Part shown: positions 39,401-45,861 of the stretch, piece after piece
How the letters are laid out: each line of letters starts with the position of its first letter
Numbering within the stretch: the stretch's first letter is position 1
IMG/VR virus record: IMGVR_UViG_3300033113_000110
Location: 797 to 64,796 of that record
From: a virus
Strand: one strand, 5' to 3'
Length of the DNA stretch: 64,000 nt
Made by a program: the position numbers and the translations under genes
The notes under the pieces: generated by a model
Databases searched by the model: none
What the model saw: the letters and a program-made list of their open reading frames with translations, nothing else
What the model was told of the DNA's origin: nothing

Positions 39401-40577
39401 GTTTCCGCATGCTTTCAGGCATGTCGGACGGGTGGATCAGTATCTTCAGACGGGTCAATCCTATGGTGTTGTGAAGTCTTTGGAAGACATCTATGATGCG
39501 GATACTTTTACCGGTATGCTTTTTGATGCACCTACGGGGCAACTTTTCAAGGAGGATACGGTTCGACTTGGAGATTTCAACGCACCAGAGATTAAGCCGG
39601 ACCCGAGTAAGCCGCTCGAATATCAGGAACGTGAAGCGGCACGGGCACGCGAGGCACGAGATGTTTTTCGGTCTATGGTTCAGCGTTTTAATATCGGTCG
39701 AGATGTCGATCAGGAAGGCTATGTGATTCCGATTCAGTATAGGCATGATGCTCAGATGCTTGGTGGATTGGCTCGTGGGAAATATGGTCGGGTCTTAGGT
39801 GATGTTGATTTTGAAGGGGTTGATTATGAGCAGTTTATGATTCAACAGGGGATGGGGTCTGTCTATGGGGCGAGTGTCGAATGGGGTGCACGAGAGATTG
39901 ATCCACTTGAATTGTGGCGGCGGTCTCCGACTTTCTTAGAACAGTTCGGTGAGGGGACGACGGGTCTCCTATGGCAAATTCCTGAAGTGGCTATTGGCGG
40001 TGTTTTTCAAGGTATGGATCCGTTTGATGCTCTTACTGAGACTGTGGCACAGGTGCCGGGTGCTTTGAAGGATATGGCGATAGGACAGGCAAAGCAGACA
40101 TTGACTCAGGCAACGAAGGACTTTTTCAAGGAACGTTTCACGGATGAATTTACGCCGAATAATCTTTCATTCGCTCAGCGGTATATTGGGGATTTCGGTG
40201 GTGTCGGTGAGAAAGTAGGTGTCTTCAAAGATAAAGCGGCTGGCTTCCTTCAAAGTGGATGGGGCGCAGCTATCGCTCCGGCAGCTCTTGCGGCTGGCAC
40301 TGCTATCATTGGAGAACGTAGCTTGGATATGAACTATGCTGAGGTTATACCGACCCGGGAAGATCGGGTGAAGGCGTTTGATCATTATGTTTCGCAGCGG
40401 CAAGAATCTACTACGGGGGGGGCGATGAGTTCTGATGATGCTGCTTTGCGGGTGATAAAGAAGGCGTTGCGTGAAGTGCTTTCTGAATCAGGGCTTGGGT
40501 CTATGGATGATCTATCGACGAAACTGGATCGGAAATTACGGGAATCGGATAGGCGGGGGATTACGCGTCCGAGATAA
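27426..40577 (+). CDS. 4383-aa polyvalent protein in the tape-measure position: trypsin-like protease, amidoligase, UvrD helicase, helical repeats, SNase nuclease
   Basis: Protease about 28290-28870 (VTASH/DIAVL/GLSG); amidoligase about 32120-33010 (YGLEIE/GMHVHVG/RYQKLN/TIEYR); SF1A helicase about 33150-34500 (GPGSGKS/VDEFQD/GDLDQ/NFRS/TMHSAKGREW/ERVFYVAMTRA); SNase about 39460-39880 (IYDADT/VRLGDFNAPE/GKYGRVLG). Confidence 0.9.
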   Translation: MRHQRSLTDEELALLSEPVDRPTAEWDTFQETGQLRPVESSRPEGRVIGGPWAAFHGVEELPADTSREADDNPWYPRWGEIRKHFWPSAGRLYDEVLGYVSPQILFDRYAGFTEQQREIGSLVSDAARSLFSFDVSPHFLTGSEIGTLPTTPEEDLSFYRSRLESQFPHTAPSMPGYDDPKVAEELELRELKRKYPSLTQMSEGLQALTPVHPERGWQGTQALSRMVEQEPFEFALDIGLSATGIGVGAAGVRGTVRGFRVARRAVSPLEDIGDALSDIDVLTGELSPVGRLRRSTVDIEVQGTRSWDLQNLSRFGRRRRELGTGVLVSPTEIVTASHTLTGKTDAAFPNIERITATIAGGQRIDVGTISGLSPEADIAVLDLPDSVDAPLLDIAGDIDDFDVLYGKSRIGEGYDSGTIGREIARDPITGAALRETSYVGRGGLSGAGLATERGQLAGIYLGTYDDVGMFADASTVQRFLEEDRPTFDVQDFDRSWHRQRLMDRALYNREGAEIGLGVRSLDALSTFGSQYELQSRDPDDDWRGSLLGMLEEMEQYRRVDERRLALDDIQSAMYEGLGFSQDATLAEMFRAVEKDPELFFYVGRRGVDVEDRAYVDRGETKRYRRWEEAGSPVDEFDFEKSSRLVPAGQFLSAEGVASQHPHVVKHGVFGYGNIEALGQHLRQVFEKAGDVPLDDYSLQLVRGRPSEIDATKIGYGDVTRRSSADFLPGAQGLLEFDLPSLDVLRDVYSEVRGMRSHPRIAEGLSWIPDPTVTKDREGQYIPVGERPSTVVVTEQLSDEMALSRIQIARGTPEGMVVEPMLFHAEGRAKAVKRKPMHEWTHEELSRETLVGESYWVRQARAEMFRRRFESAKQLSERLANAPPGQRIPVSYGRALQSEIARDFAAAKKQSETWDSEYSFETDIAAAHAAEGARDHTEAFNPQDYKSESWEPVGGYVADDDKTGQFYEGWVDEHGDFQDVWKEGEEIEKQELDVFLEVEGDDYTEPVAVGWIDEYGTHDPGMDTPAGIDANKLAVDVARDEQRRLSPESQLKIWDMFSGYIERREYEQKLLTEGDPELEAEIIARMDVRDPDWRRKMRVASRADRSVQSPGLRPYWEQAVAEQPSYGVSDETLFHMDIPREEYYRSQRKHWQVRADELWYGGQFEEYYHHVEPVRERAYQLHRQARDAESADRIQITVGEKDTSAVYPESDVDAQKYHSAAAMGVYLPDPPAAQLAQTGVVDISIPRHDRRFRDETSFERAPDDLVLRGQRQQRYGAEPMDIFMENILWKEAGIEETKRIPEVSGVVDEFVYASELDEDVVRYKKPSGAVESFNVPEAEAWHRSDIEEGRLARPQYSFRDSDTAPPVDVFDVYGLTEGTESLTSLDLATLGSVRRNVLERYTPRRVWEAAQTAEYRQAARRPIGQGIEEGLTADELRDIRLRGEQIRAERAFNEATAEGVAYEAEARRTAQAGAYRMQEDPAAAGAREAVAEEFRQERERADKAFRKVWDESKRVIRESPGELPEEIADPPSKIKRRYNLHSLPWEDVEPLDLDTPRARLAGFGGIESERTYGLEIELITDLTRADMERELEWQMAQGLSLKYDLSLRTARSEVALEHHPPAHVQFSRMHLPGEIQRAEAADYERYRSQFTGMPGEERIRPEDFETRYAHELVFPVMQGEEGLELIGQTVRRLQEFETELNTSMGMHVHVGAQDLSNYDLVGIWGAFAAREDVIDLMHEPSRRGQGSAYAETLVRERGEGSFTSLGELLRAEMRGGDLSQAQPVSELERMRSRLETARRRSLLSSERREGFLDQVGYGHRYQKLNLRGFEHQTIEYRQPAPTLDVSEIEHHIGFITNFVDEFSGKPLEWAMRQDPRLQQEYAGLDLVFERPDETGQLLLFPETRTELHSADELTPSQRQAMEHTYGAAAVIAGPGSGKSRTLLERLRYLTETIDEQSGKPIARPEDILTLVFGKEAEKDLIGRGGEFGGPWNIFTVDAFARGVVRENFGELGYARAPDISTSTFEDWLSGKQIPELGLSGVGGDGVEAWAKLYEETRRGFTTGREDYSALPEGLQGAIRDYRLERFHAAEMDFTDAISQAGYLLETNEALRQRYQDRFEFLQVDEFQDISPIQWRFLQNLSPNPWVVGDLDQGIMSFRGGTGTVMREMIESGVSLYNIEENFRSTPEIVTAAQGFIRSNLDRLDVSQSAVKPSGEPVMMVGVSPLTTEQQAIARIAEHVREGEETAILTATNREKDVFEHELAAELRGRGWEDQQIKDHLTFSTMHSAKGREWQNVFLPINLLESDFGNTQRLFTLPSPYARTPFDFAEQERVFYVAMTRAQERLTIFGDPQHPYYEQVTRAISGVEEGAVPSYLEPPDDVPEAAAASTRGGLGGFFERFGSGLDRFLHGDPTQRTPRREGRRRARTKTELHSVDEPYREGSDIPGLDQFLDVADRHPGIFYRFESDDPSGYVSQDLAQTHAILREHEGQANLLPDSFMVPEFGKYDTLIRPAGQDRWSLYDQQHEQVNRGEREGTFDLYREEYDRETDDFEFVYSGPVEIGYVGRRGLYGHVDRSSFVEVSLEVLGFRASQTPLQLSETDRHFSVHYGTSTPFRQYIGDLSEGEDVFMSHGVLARLPVNLDTSGSYGQQRYAVNPNLGEFIEAGNVNLNWLAQSIEALPQNVNADRIWGDYLAGQQGSELLGLERAVEGSRQWLEGRHRGAVRRARSRRVRTDLHSLDDSDDINAKLNDIWEDEQNFYDANFALDPPTPVEANPDILFGTDPTPESAPESVPDILFESELESFASDISAAHKSVMSVELGRGLGLGQRLSRWFSEAVEERAWGGLTHSAANILQDAATINVAASLAVEGVRTAVGHDLNIGSLIHAGASTMAAMGAKAVDARFGSRGVLPEARADLGALADVIQDVPEDAAVHLQRIFEEAGAGTSRWRRGSLADQLERYDWSGLESMFGESGAAYLDEFAYQTRRFGQRSYGTQRNWQESLLDIYAGGIPRATRYTYDPKSGEVDFEMKRRWTLDRLLEAGSDRYPHSPIGAWHARREQLREDPRQDMLRHVFGPLQGEDVRPHELYMLLPEARGIGRLFGRFHRRPDNDWVMEDIVRGVGATRWVDRIAERKEFRREHQSILEERRRSPELYQWQDPAHFYGKIAESLGIDTSDFEGFGERLGSPYSEYGRFFSRLPKAAKYPVIGGGAAVGGKLGYELFFGGDDDEELVLDDPAGYSLSARYPILGAVQRTLPYRRLRARAENLLDDVYGEDSFHSEMLKSIGLGKKGNLPWEVKQTFVQTGQIHALVQSGMHVSTFSNILSRYPLLAAPAAFSAARDVISPPDERVVEPSQSFWSKYQLSPDPWIPRWNPEPPTSGQISALQSQGLLADDYELEIPEPPSWAWWDPVENYRRDEEVRGQKLATEGQVDLLGSLGLLPEGYDPSVHEPSEISLNRGQPGIQDVLPWSVYGMFGVLPETGFSYFRSRGDIQRKDEEGNYRIDGFEFDVQESPFPGFNPWLDPHPEGILGESPPAEGSFDWDFGHGLLGIGVNQFAGVGYGIGGGIPDPDAELLELYKELGIDPKRITREDASKLIEYQKKQREAQGNKATEKQIVALTKMYPGKDLSKLTKEQASELFDAYEPPPKMASDAQLTALKRMYPDKDLSGLTMAQASELFDAYEPPPKMATEVQKAALTRMYPDKDLSGLTMVQASELFDTYERPARSQDATQAQLDYLDRLRGGGFGDVMPIEDVDESDGLTRQEVSALIDFEKAKRRSAEISRESAGPTMATESQLRYLGQLNPERYGGLSGATEDVMGIEDVTFDDGITALEARTLFDYEDAVRKSRESAGPAMASDAQLQVLQRMFPDQFGASSGVEVEEPPMMGIEEITFDDGITRREAAALFDYGEAVQKSAGPPMASEAQIAALQRYFPQMFEPTEQAEEEPLVPLGQIDFTDGVTREEARQAFRHVPEMPPPMATQRQIDRLEMEFPHAFRHVGRVDQYLQTGQSYGVVKSLEDIYDADTFTGMLFDAPTGQLFKEDTVRLGDFNAPEIKPDPSKPLEYQEREAARAREARDVFRSMVQRFNIGRDVDQEGYVIPIQYRHDAQMLGGLARGKYGRVLGDVDFEGVDYEQFMIQQGMGSVYGASVEWGAREIDPLELWRRSPTFLEQFGEGTTGLLWQIPEVAIGGVFQGMDPFDALTETVAQVPGALKDMAIGQAKQTLTQATKDFFKERFTDEFTPNNLSFAQRYIGDFGGVGEKVGVFKDKAAGFLQSGWGAAIAPAALAAGTAIIGERSLDMNYAEVIPTREDRVKAFDHYVSQRQESTTGGAMSSDDAALRVIKKALREVLSESGLGSMDDLSTKLDRKLRESDRRGITRPR
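38250..38600 (+). repeat. Three tandem 117-bp (39-aa) repeats in the giant gene, with degenerate copies to about 39400
   Basis: MASDAQLTALKRMYPDKDLSGLTMAQASELFDAYEPPPK. Confidence 0.9.
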
Positions 40578-40709
40578 AGTGAAAAAACTGCACAGGAACG
40601 CTTTTAACGCTTTTCATTATTTTTTGTCTATGATACCCTTACTCATACTCGAAACTCGTTAAATTGACGTATAGGCGTTAGTAGAGTGAAATGAATTTGG
40701 GAGGTTGTT

Positions 40710-40829
40710 ATGATCTGGCGAAATAAATATCGTATTCCTCATCGATGGCGAAAACGATGGTATGATTTTTTTACTCGGATCGCTTGGTGGGGTTTTAATT
40801 TCGGAATCGAGGTGAAACATGAAGATTGA
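40710..40829 (+). CDS. 39-aa Trp/Arg-rich peptide (not in ORF track)
   Basis: MIWRNKYRIPHRWRKRWYDFFTRIAWWGFNFGIEVKHED; GGAGG RBS. Confidence 0.55.
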   Translation: MIWRNKYRIPHRWRKRWYDFFTRIAWWGFNFGIEVKHED

Positions 40830-41025
40830 TACGGATGATCCGAGAATCCTTTTAGAGAATGGTTTCTGTGAGATGATCCGGCATATTCAGGATGTTGTTG
40901 AGAATCATAGAGTCTTCCCGGCTGAGATCACTTTGCCTGTGGTCGAGGGGAATTCTCAGAACTTGCAGCTTACTTTGAAGATGCAATGGTCTCCAAAAGT
41001 GGTTTCTATTGAGGAAAGTTCGTGA
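40819..41025 (+). CDS. Hypothetical protein
   Basis: 68 aa, GAGG RBS. Confidence 0.5.
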   Translation: MKIDTDDPRILLENGFCEMIRHIQDVVENHRVFPAEITLPVVEGNSQNLQLTLKMQWSPKVVSIEESS

Positions 41026-41047
41026 AGAATTAGCATATTAATAAGTA

Positions 41048-41160
41048 GTATTCTTTTACTCAGGGGTGGGACTGGTAGTTCTACCTTAGCATCTACCAAG
41101 TGTTGAGTAAGGGAATTATGAGTAAGAGAACGTGCTTTGGCGCGTTCTCTTTTCTGTTTA
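41048..41160 (+). ncRNA. Structured leader/attenuator, copy B
   Basis: Homologue of 6734-6846 with compensatory and G-U changes; loop TGGTAG pairs with CTACCA; terminator AGAGAACGTGC-TTTG-GCGCGTTCTCT-TTTCT. Confidence 0.85.
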
Positions 41161-41173
41161 AGGAGGTTTTATT

Positions 41174-41725
41174 TTGAATGGTAATAAACGGAAGGGTCGA
41201 AAAGGGAAGAAATTTACGAAGCAAATCGCAAATCAGATTGCTCATTTTCTTCATGATGGGAAAACGGAAGACGAGATCCGTGCGGAATTAGAGCTTAATA
41301 ATAATGATTTCTGGAAGTGGACCGCGCTTGCTGTCTTTGGGTTGCCGGATACGCGGACACCTGAAGAAGAAATACTTCGGGATGCTATCTTTGATGTGAT
41401 GCTTGGTGAAACATTGCTGAAAAGGGTACTTGAAGTTTCAACTGATACAACAGAGAAGCGGATCATGAAGGTTACGACGCTTTTGAATCTTACGGGTCCC
41501 GAGGCTGCGGCTTTGGAACGGAAAGGTAATAAAAGGTTTGTCGAGGAATTTGAAGGCTCTGCTGTCAATTTGAAAGTGGAGGAAACGATTGAGACGATTC
41601 CGCCAGCTATATCGCTTTTAGAGAAACTTCTGAAATTGGCTGAAGGGAATGTCTCGGTTCAGAATGCTTTGAAACAACTGACACCGTTTAATCCTATTGA
41701 TCCTGAACTCGAGGATGAGGTGTAG
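41174..41725 (+). CDS. terS: Terminase small subunit (probable)
   Basis: N-terminal basic/HTH segment (KKFTKQIANQIAHFLHDGKTEDEIRAEL), upstream of terL; TTG start after AGGAGG. Confidence 0.6.
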   Translation: MNGNKRKGRKGKKFTKQIANQIAHFLHDGKTEDEIRAELELNNNDFWKWTALAVFGLPDTRTPEEEILRDAIFDVMLGETLLKRVLEVSTDTTEKRIMKVTTLLNLTGPEAAALERKGNKRFVEEFEGSAVNLKVEETIETIPPAISLLEKLLKLAEGNVSVQNALKQLTPFNPIDPELEDEV

Positions 41726-42383
41726 TTTTTTTTCTTTTTGCTTTTGATATTTTGCGTTTATGTTCGGCTGATTTGGGTTTTCCTTTTAGTGCTTTGGATA
41801 GTTTTTCGCGTGTTTCTTTGCTGAGTTTCTTTCCATAATTTGGTGCTTTCTCACCTTTTAAGGAATTGGATATTTTTTCGCGTTGTTCTTTGGGCATAGT
41901 TTTTCCATAGTTTGGATTGTCTTTGCCTGTGAGTTTTCCTTTTCTGTTTTTGGACATTTTTTGGATGCGTTCTTTGCTGTGTTTTCTGCCCTTTAGAGAT
42001 TGTGCTATTTTTGCTCTATGTTCGGGGCTGTGTGGACCTCGTTTTTTACCTGTATTTCCTTTGGATATGTTTTTGGAAGCTTCAGGAGAGTATTTAGTAT
42101 GTGTTTCTCCGCCAATTGTTAAGTTGTATCCATTAGGAGCGAGTGTTCTTAGCTTAGCAATATACCATTGTTCTACTGCATCTAATGCTTGAGGTGAAAT
42201 GTGAGGGTATTTGATTATTTGGACATTAAAGTTCTTTTTTCCATGTTTTTTTATGGCTTTGGCTATGTATGTTGAACCACTGTATCCAGCTAAATGATTG
42301 GCAATTCGTTTTTTTAGTTTGATACTTTGTCCAACATATTGTTTATTGTTTATACGGTTTGTTAGAATATAAATACCTCTCAT
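41694..42383 (-). CDS. Free-standing GIY-YIG homing endonuclease with NUMOD3 repeats
   Basis: GIYILTNRINNKQYVGQS...R...E; HSPEHRAKIAQSLKG, LSKETREKLSKALKG; own TATAAT and AAGGAG. Confidence 0.92.
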   Translation of the reverse strand: MRGIYILTNRINNKQYVGQSIKLKKRIANHLAGYSGSTYIAKAIKKHGKKNFNVQIIKYPHISPQALDAVEQWYIAKLRTLAPNGYNLTIGGETHTKYSPEASKNISKGNTGKKRGPHSPEHRAKIAQSLKGRKHSKERIQKMSKNRKGKLTGKDNPNYGKTMPKEQREKISNSLKGEKAPNYGKKLSKETREKLSKALKGKPKSAEHKRKISKAKRKKTTPHPRVQDQ

Positions 42384-42441
42384 TTGTAACTCCTTTTTGC
42401 TTTTATTATATCGGAAATGGGTGTTTTTGTAAAGGATTTTT

Positions 42442-43965
42442 ATGGCACGGATATCTGATTATAAACTTTATGGAAATGGACGGAAAGCGTGGCGGTGTCG
42501 TGACCTTGAGCTTATGCTTGTCGGTGGGGCGAACACAGGTAAAACGCTTTGTAATATGATGTTTGCGCATGTTTTTGCCCAGAAATATCCTGGAAGCCGG
42601 ATACTTTTTGTTCGGAAATCTTTGGCGGATCTTGTCAGAAATGCTGTTGCGACTTATGAAAAAGTGATTCTTCCTTGTCCACTTGATGATCCGTCTTGTC
42701 CAGTTATATTAAAAACTACGAAAGAAGGTTCTTCGTATTATTTATATAAGGAGACAGGATCGGAAATTCATCGAGGTGGGATCAAAGATTCAGGCTCGAT
42801 ACTTTCTGGTGAGTATGATTTGATCATTGTTATTCAGGCGGAGCAGATAGATGAAGATGATTGGGAAGTTTTCTTGACGCGTCTCGGACGGGGTGCGGGT
42901 GCGAATGCTCCTTATGCTCAGATCAGAGGGGACGCAAACCCGCATATCCTTGGTATGATGCACTGGATTATGAGACGGAAGGGGATGACGCTTTACAAAT
43001 TCTTTAGGGAGGATAATCCGGCTCTTTACAATCAAGAAACGGGTGAAATTACGAAGCTCGGTATTCAGACAGAGGATTTTCTGGATAGGCTTACGGGAAC
43101 GAGGCGGAAGCATCTTCGGGAAGGGGAATGGACAGGATCGGATCGGATGGTCTTTCCTGAATACAACGATGATATTCATGTGATTGATTTGGAGTTTCTC
43201 CAACGTCTTGATGTGAAATTTGAAAAGTGGTACCTCGGTATGGATTGGGGGTATTCTATTGATCCTGGCTCTTTGACGCTTTATGGGCTGACAGAACCTT
43301 CAACACCTGACTTTTTTGATGAGAAGGCTTTGAGTCAGGAATTTAGTATTCAGCCTGAAGATTTGGATGAGATATTGGGGAGTTTGTTTGAGTTGCCATG
43401 CTTGGTTGCGATGCGGCAGACTTATAGGCTTGGGGAGTTGACACCTTTTTGGCGGAGACGGGCAATTGCGTATGATCGTTGGGTTCGGAGATATTTTGGC
43501 GGGTATGTTCACAAAATGATTTGTGATAAGTCTCGGCCGGATAATATTGAGGAGATGCGGTTAGGGGAATTGCCTGCTGTGAAGACGGACGGAGCACAGG
43601 GGAGTATTCGGGAAAACATTAATGCGATACAGACTCGGTTAGAGCGGAATACGCTTTTTTTCCTTCGGAATAATCTTGATGGTCGTGATGAAATTTTGGA
43701 ATCGCAGTATAAACCGCTTTGTACGGCTGATGAGATGCCTCATTATGAGAATCCTAAGCCGAAAAAACTCGCTCGGAAGTTGCCGGATCCGGTCGGTGCT
43801 AATCATGGAATTGATGAGCTTGGTTATATTTGTCGTGATCTTCATAATTTCTTGGATAATACTGCTGTGGAAGTTGATGTTTTTTCTGGACAACAGGTTT
43901 TGGATACTCGGTTGTCGATTGAAAAGCCGCCGCCACCAGCGCGATGGCGAGGGTATATTAATTAG
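42442..43965 (+). CDS. terL: Terminase large subunit (PBSX-like)
   Basis: Walker A VGGANTGKT; RKS...L; GDANP coupling motif; nuclease GMDWG...DP, CDKSRP, NHGIDELGY. Confidence 0.88.
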   Translation: MARISDYKLYGNGRKAWRCRDLELMLVGGANTGKTLCNMMFAHVFAQKYPGSRILFVRKSLADLVRNAVATYEKVILPCPLDDPSCPVILKTTKEGSSYYLYKETGSEIHRGGIKDSGSILSGEYDLIIVIQAEQIDEDDWEVFLTRLGRGAGANAPYAQIRGDANPHILGMMHWIMRRKGMTLYKFFREDNPALYNQETGEITKLGIQTEDFLDRLTGTRRKHLREGEWTGSDRMVFPEYNDDIHVIDLEFLQRLDVKFEKWYLGMDWGYSIDPGSLTLYGLTEPSTPDFFDEKALSQEFSIQPEDLDEILGSLFELPCLVAMRQTYRLGELTPFWRRRAIAYDRWVRRYFGGYVHKMICDKSRPDNIEEMRLGELPAVKTDGAQGSIRENINAIQTRLERNTLFFLRNNLDGRDEILESQYKPLCTADEMPHYENPKPKKLARKLPDPVGANHGIDELGYICRDLHNFLDNTAVEVDVFSGQQVLDTRLSIEKPPPPARWRGYIN

Positions 43966-44086
43966 AGTAGTTCTAATTGTCCGATATATTTCATTCTGCG
44001 GTTTTCATAGGCTGTCTTGTAGGATTCTGCTATCTCGTAACCTATTCCGTTTCTTTACCTTTGCTTGGCAAAGATTAGTGCATAGC

Positions 44087-44269
44087 ATCCGTATTGGCGT
44101 GTGCTATGCACAGCCAAACATCTATTTATGATACGCAAACGAGTATCGTTCGTAGGTTCGTTTATCACTCTGTCAGGAGTGTAGGTAGGGTGCAACACGA
44201 GGCGTATTGCACTGACAGCCCTACCAACGAACTTAGGAATATTATACGATATTTAGTGTAAAATATCAA
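44087..44269 (-). ncRNA. Sigma70 promoter plus pseudoknotted RNA, copy X2, converging on terL
   Basis: TTGATA-17-TATAAT; GTTCGTT/AACGAAC, GGTAGGG/CCCTACC, CTGTCAG/CTGACAG, TGCAA/TTGCA; later a 10-bp hairpin GTGCATAGCA/TGCTATGCAC. Confidence 0.75.
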
Positions 44270-45861
44270 GAGAAAATTAACAGACAGGTTTTTAGAAGAA
44301 AAAGAGTATCTGAATCCAATAACTACAAGGAATTTACAATCCTCCTATTTTCTTACCTATATCATATAAGATAAACTCTTTATTTACAAGGGTTTAAGGC
44401 ACTTTCTACAACTTATTGCAAGTCCAAAACGACTAATTCCGTTTTCTTTTGCTTTGAGATACTCGGATGCGGATGTAACTTGGATGCCATATCCGTATGA
44501 ATGGCAATCAGGAAGCCGTTGTAAGTTGGGATCATTGATGTCTCGTATTTCGTCGAGATTGGGTATTGGGTTGTTCATGGGAGTTCTCCTTTTTGGATTT
44601 ATGAGAGAGATTGGCTGGCTCGGAACCATCCGATCCGTGGAAGTCCGTTAGGGAAGCTATGGTATGTTCCGAACCAAAGTAATACTTGGTGTGAATAACT
44701 TGTGCCGTAGGGTTTAACCTCGAATCGTTTGCCCCACCCTTGATTTTTCATCTTTTTCTCCTATTTACCAGATGCTGGTGATGTCGATGAGTTCGTTGTT
44801 CTTGAATATGCCCATGTATCGTTTGTCTTCGGTGAAAGTTTCGCAACTGAATTGGGATTTTACACTTACGGAGTTTGTTCCGGCGATTGTAACGTCACTT
44901 TTGTTATAGAACAGATGGGCGACGCACTTCTCGGAATTGTTGAAGATTAGTTCTACTCCATTCTCATCGTAGTCCGCGATTACGATGGCGGTGAGTTTCA
45001 TGGGCACTCGGGTTTCGGTATTTTTAGACATTGCTGGTTTTCCCCTCAGTCATTGTGTTGTAATTTTCAAAGGCATATTTTAGGTATTCGGGAACAATGT
45101 ATGTCCGAAGGGTATCACCTTCATAGTTTCGGAAGATTTTGACTTCTTTGTGACGAAGAACCCAATTGGGGTTGTCCCTTACCCAATGCCATTTGCCTTT
45201 TAGATCAGCAAAAAGTTGTGAGGGGTTGAATCCTCTCTTTTTCATGATGCGGGTGATAGCTGCTTTTATGCCTGAGACGGACTTTTTTGAGTTGATGCTG
45301 ATGACTTCTTGGATCTCGGAGCCGTCTCCAGAAGTTATTACGCAAAAAGTTTGGAGGTTTTCTGGTCTGCTCATGGTCTCTCCTATCCTGTAGGTGGGTG
45401 GTAAATTTCAGCTGTCTTGGTGAAGAATTCTTTATCTTCGTCGCTGATGTCTTCCCATTTGGTTCTTGCGCGATAGAGGTGTGCCCGACCGAACTTAACG
45501 AAAATGTCTTGTGTTGCGAGGAAAAGAGCTTCGCCGAGTTTTTCGGATGTGCTGAGGTTCTTCGGTGATCTTGGTGTGGAATTGACAACCCAGTAGAGTC
45601 CATTCCATTGTACGACGGTGCCGGGAATGAGGGTTGTGTGTAAACCTTCGGCAGTTTCAACGTCTATGCGTCCTGGGATTGTATAGGGATCACCTGTTTT
45701 TAGGCATTCAGGGAGTTTGTCGGTTTTGATGAGCGTGCTCATAGGTCTCCTTTATCGTTGATATAGGGAGACATGCGGTCCCCCTATATTGACTATTAGT
45801 TTTTGTGCCCGGCGGCGTTATTAGACAGGCACCGGGCGGTATTGCCTAAAATCCTGTCTAA

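Noticed and set aside
27445-40403. Many 60-170 aa ORFs antisense or out of frame within the giant gene, and similar shadows elsewhere
   Set aside because: Fully overlap a long motif-bearing ORF, lack RBSs and have low-information composition.
6742-41062. Recurring TTACTCA heptamer (6742, about 14868, 40639, 41056) as an operator
   Set aside because: Several copies of any heptamer are expected by chance in this window.
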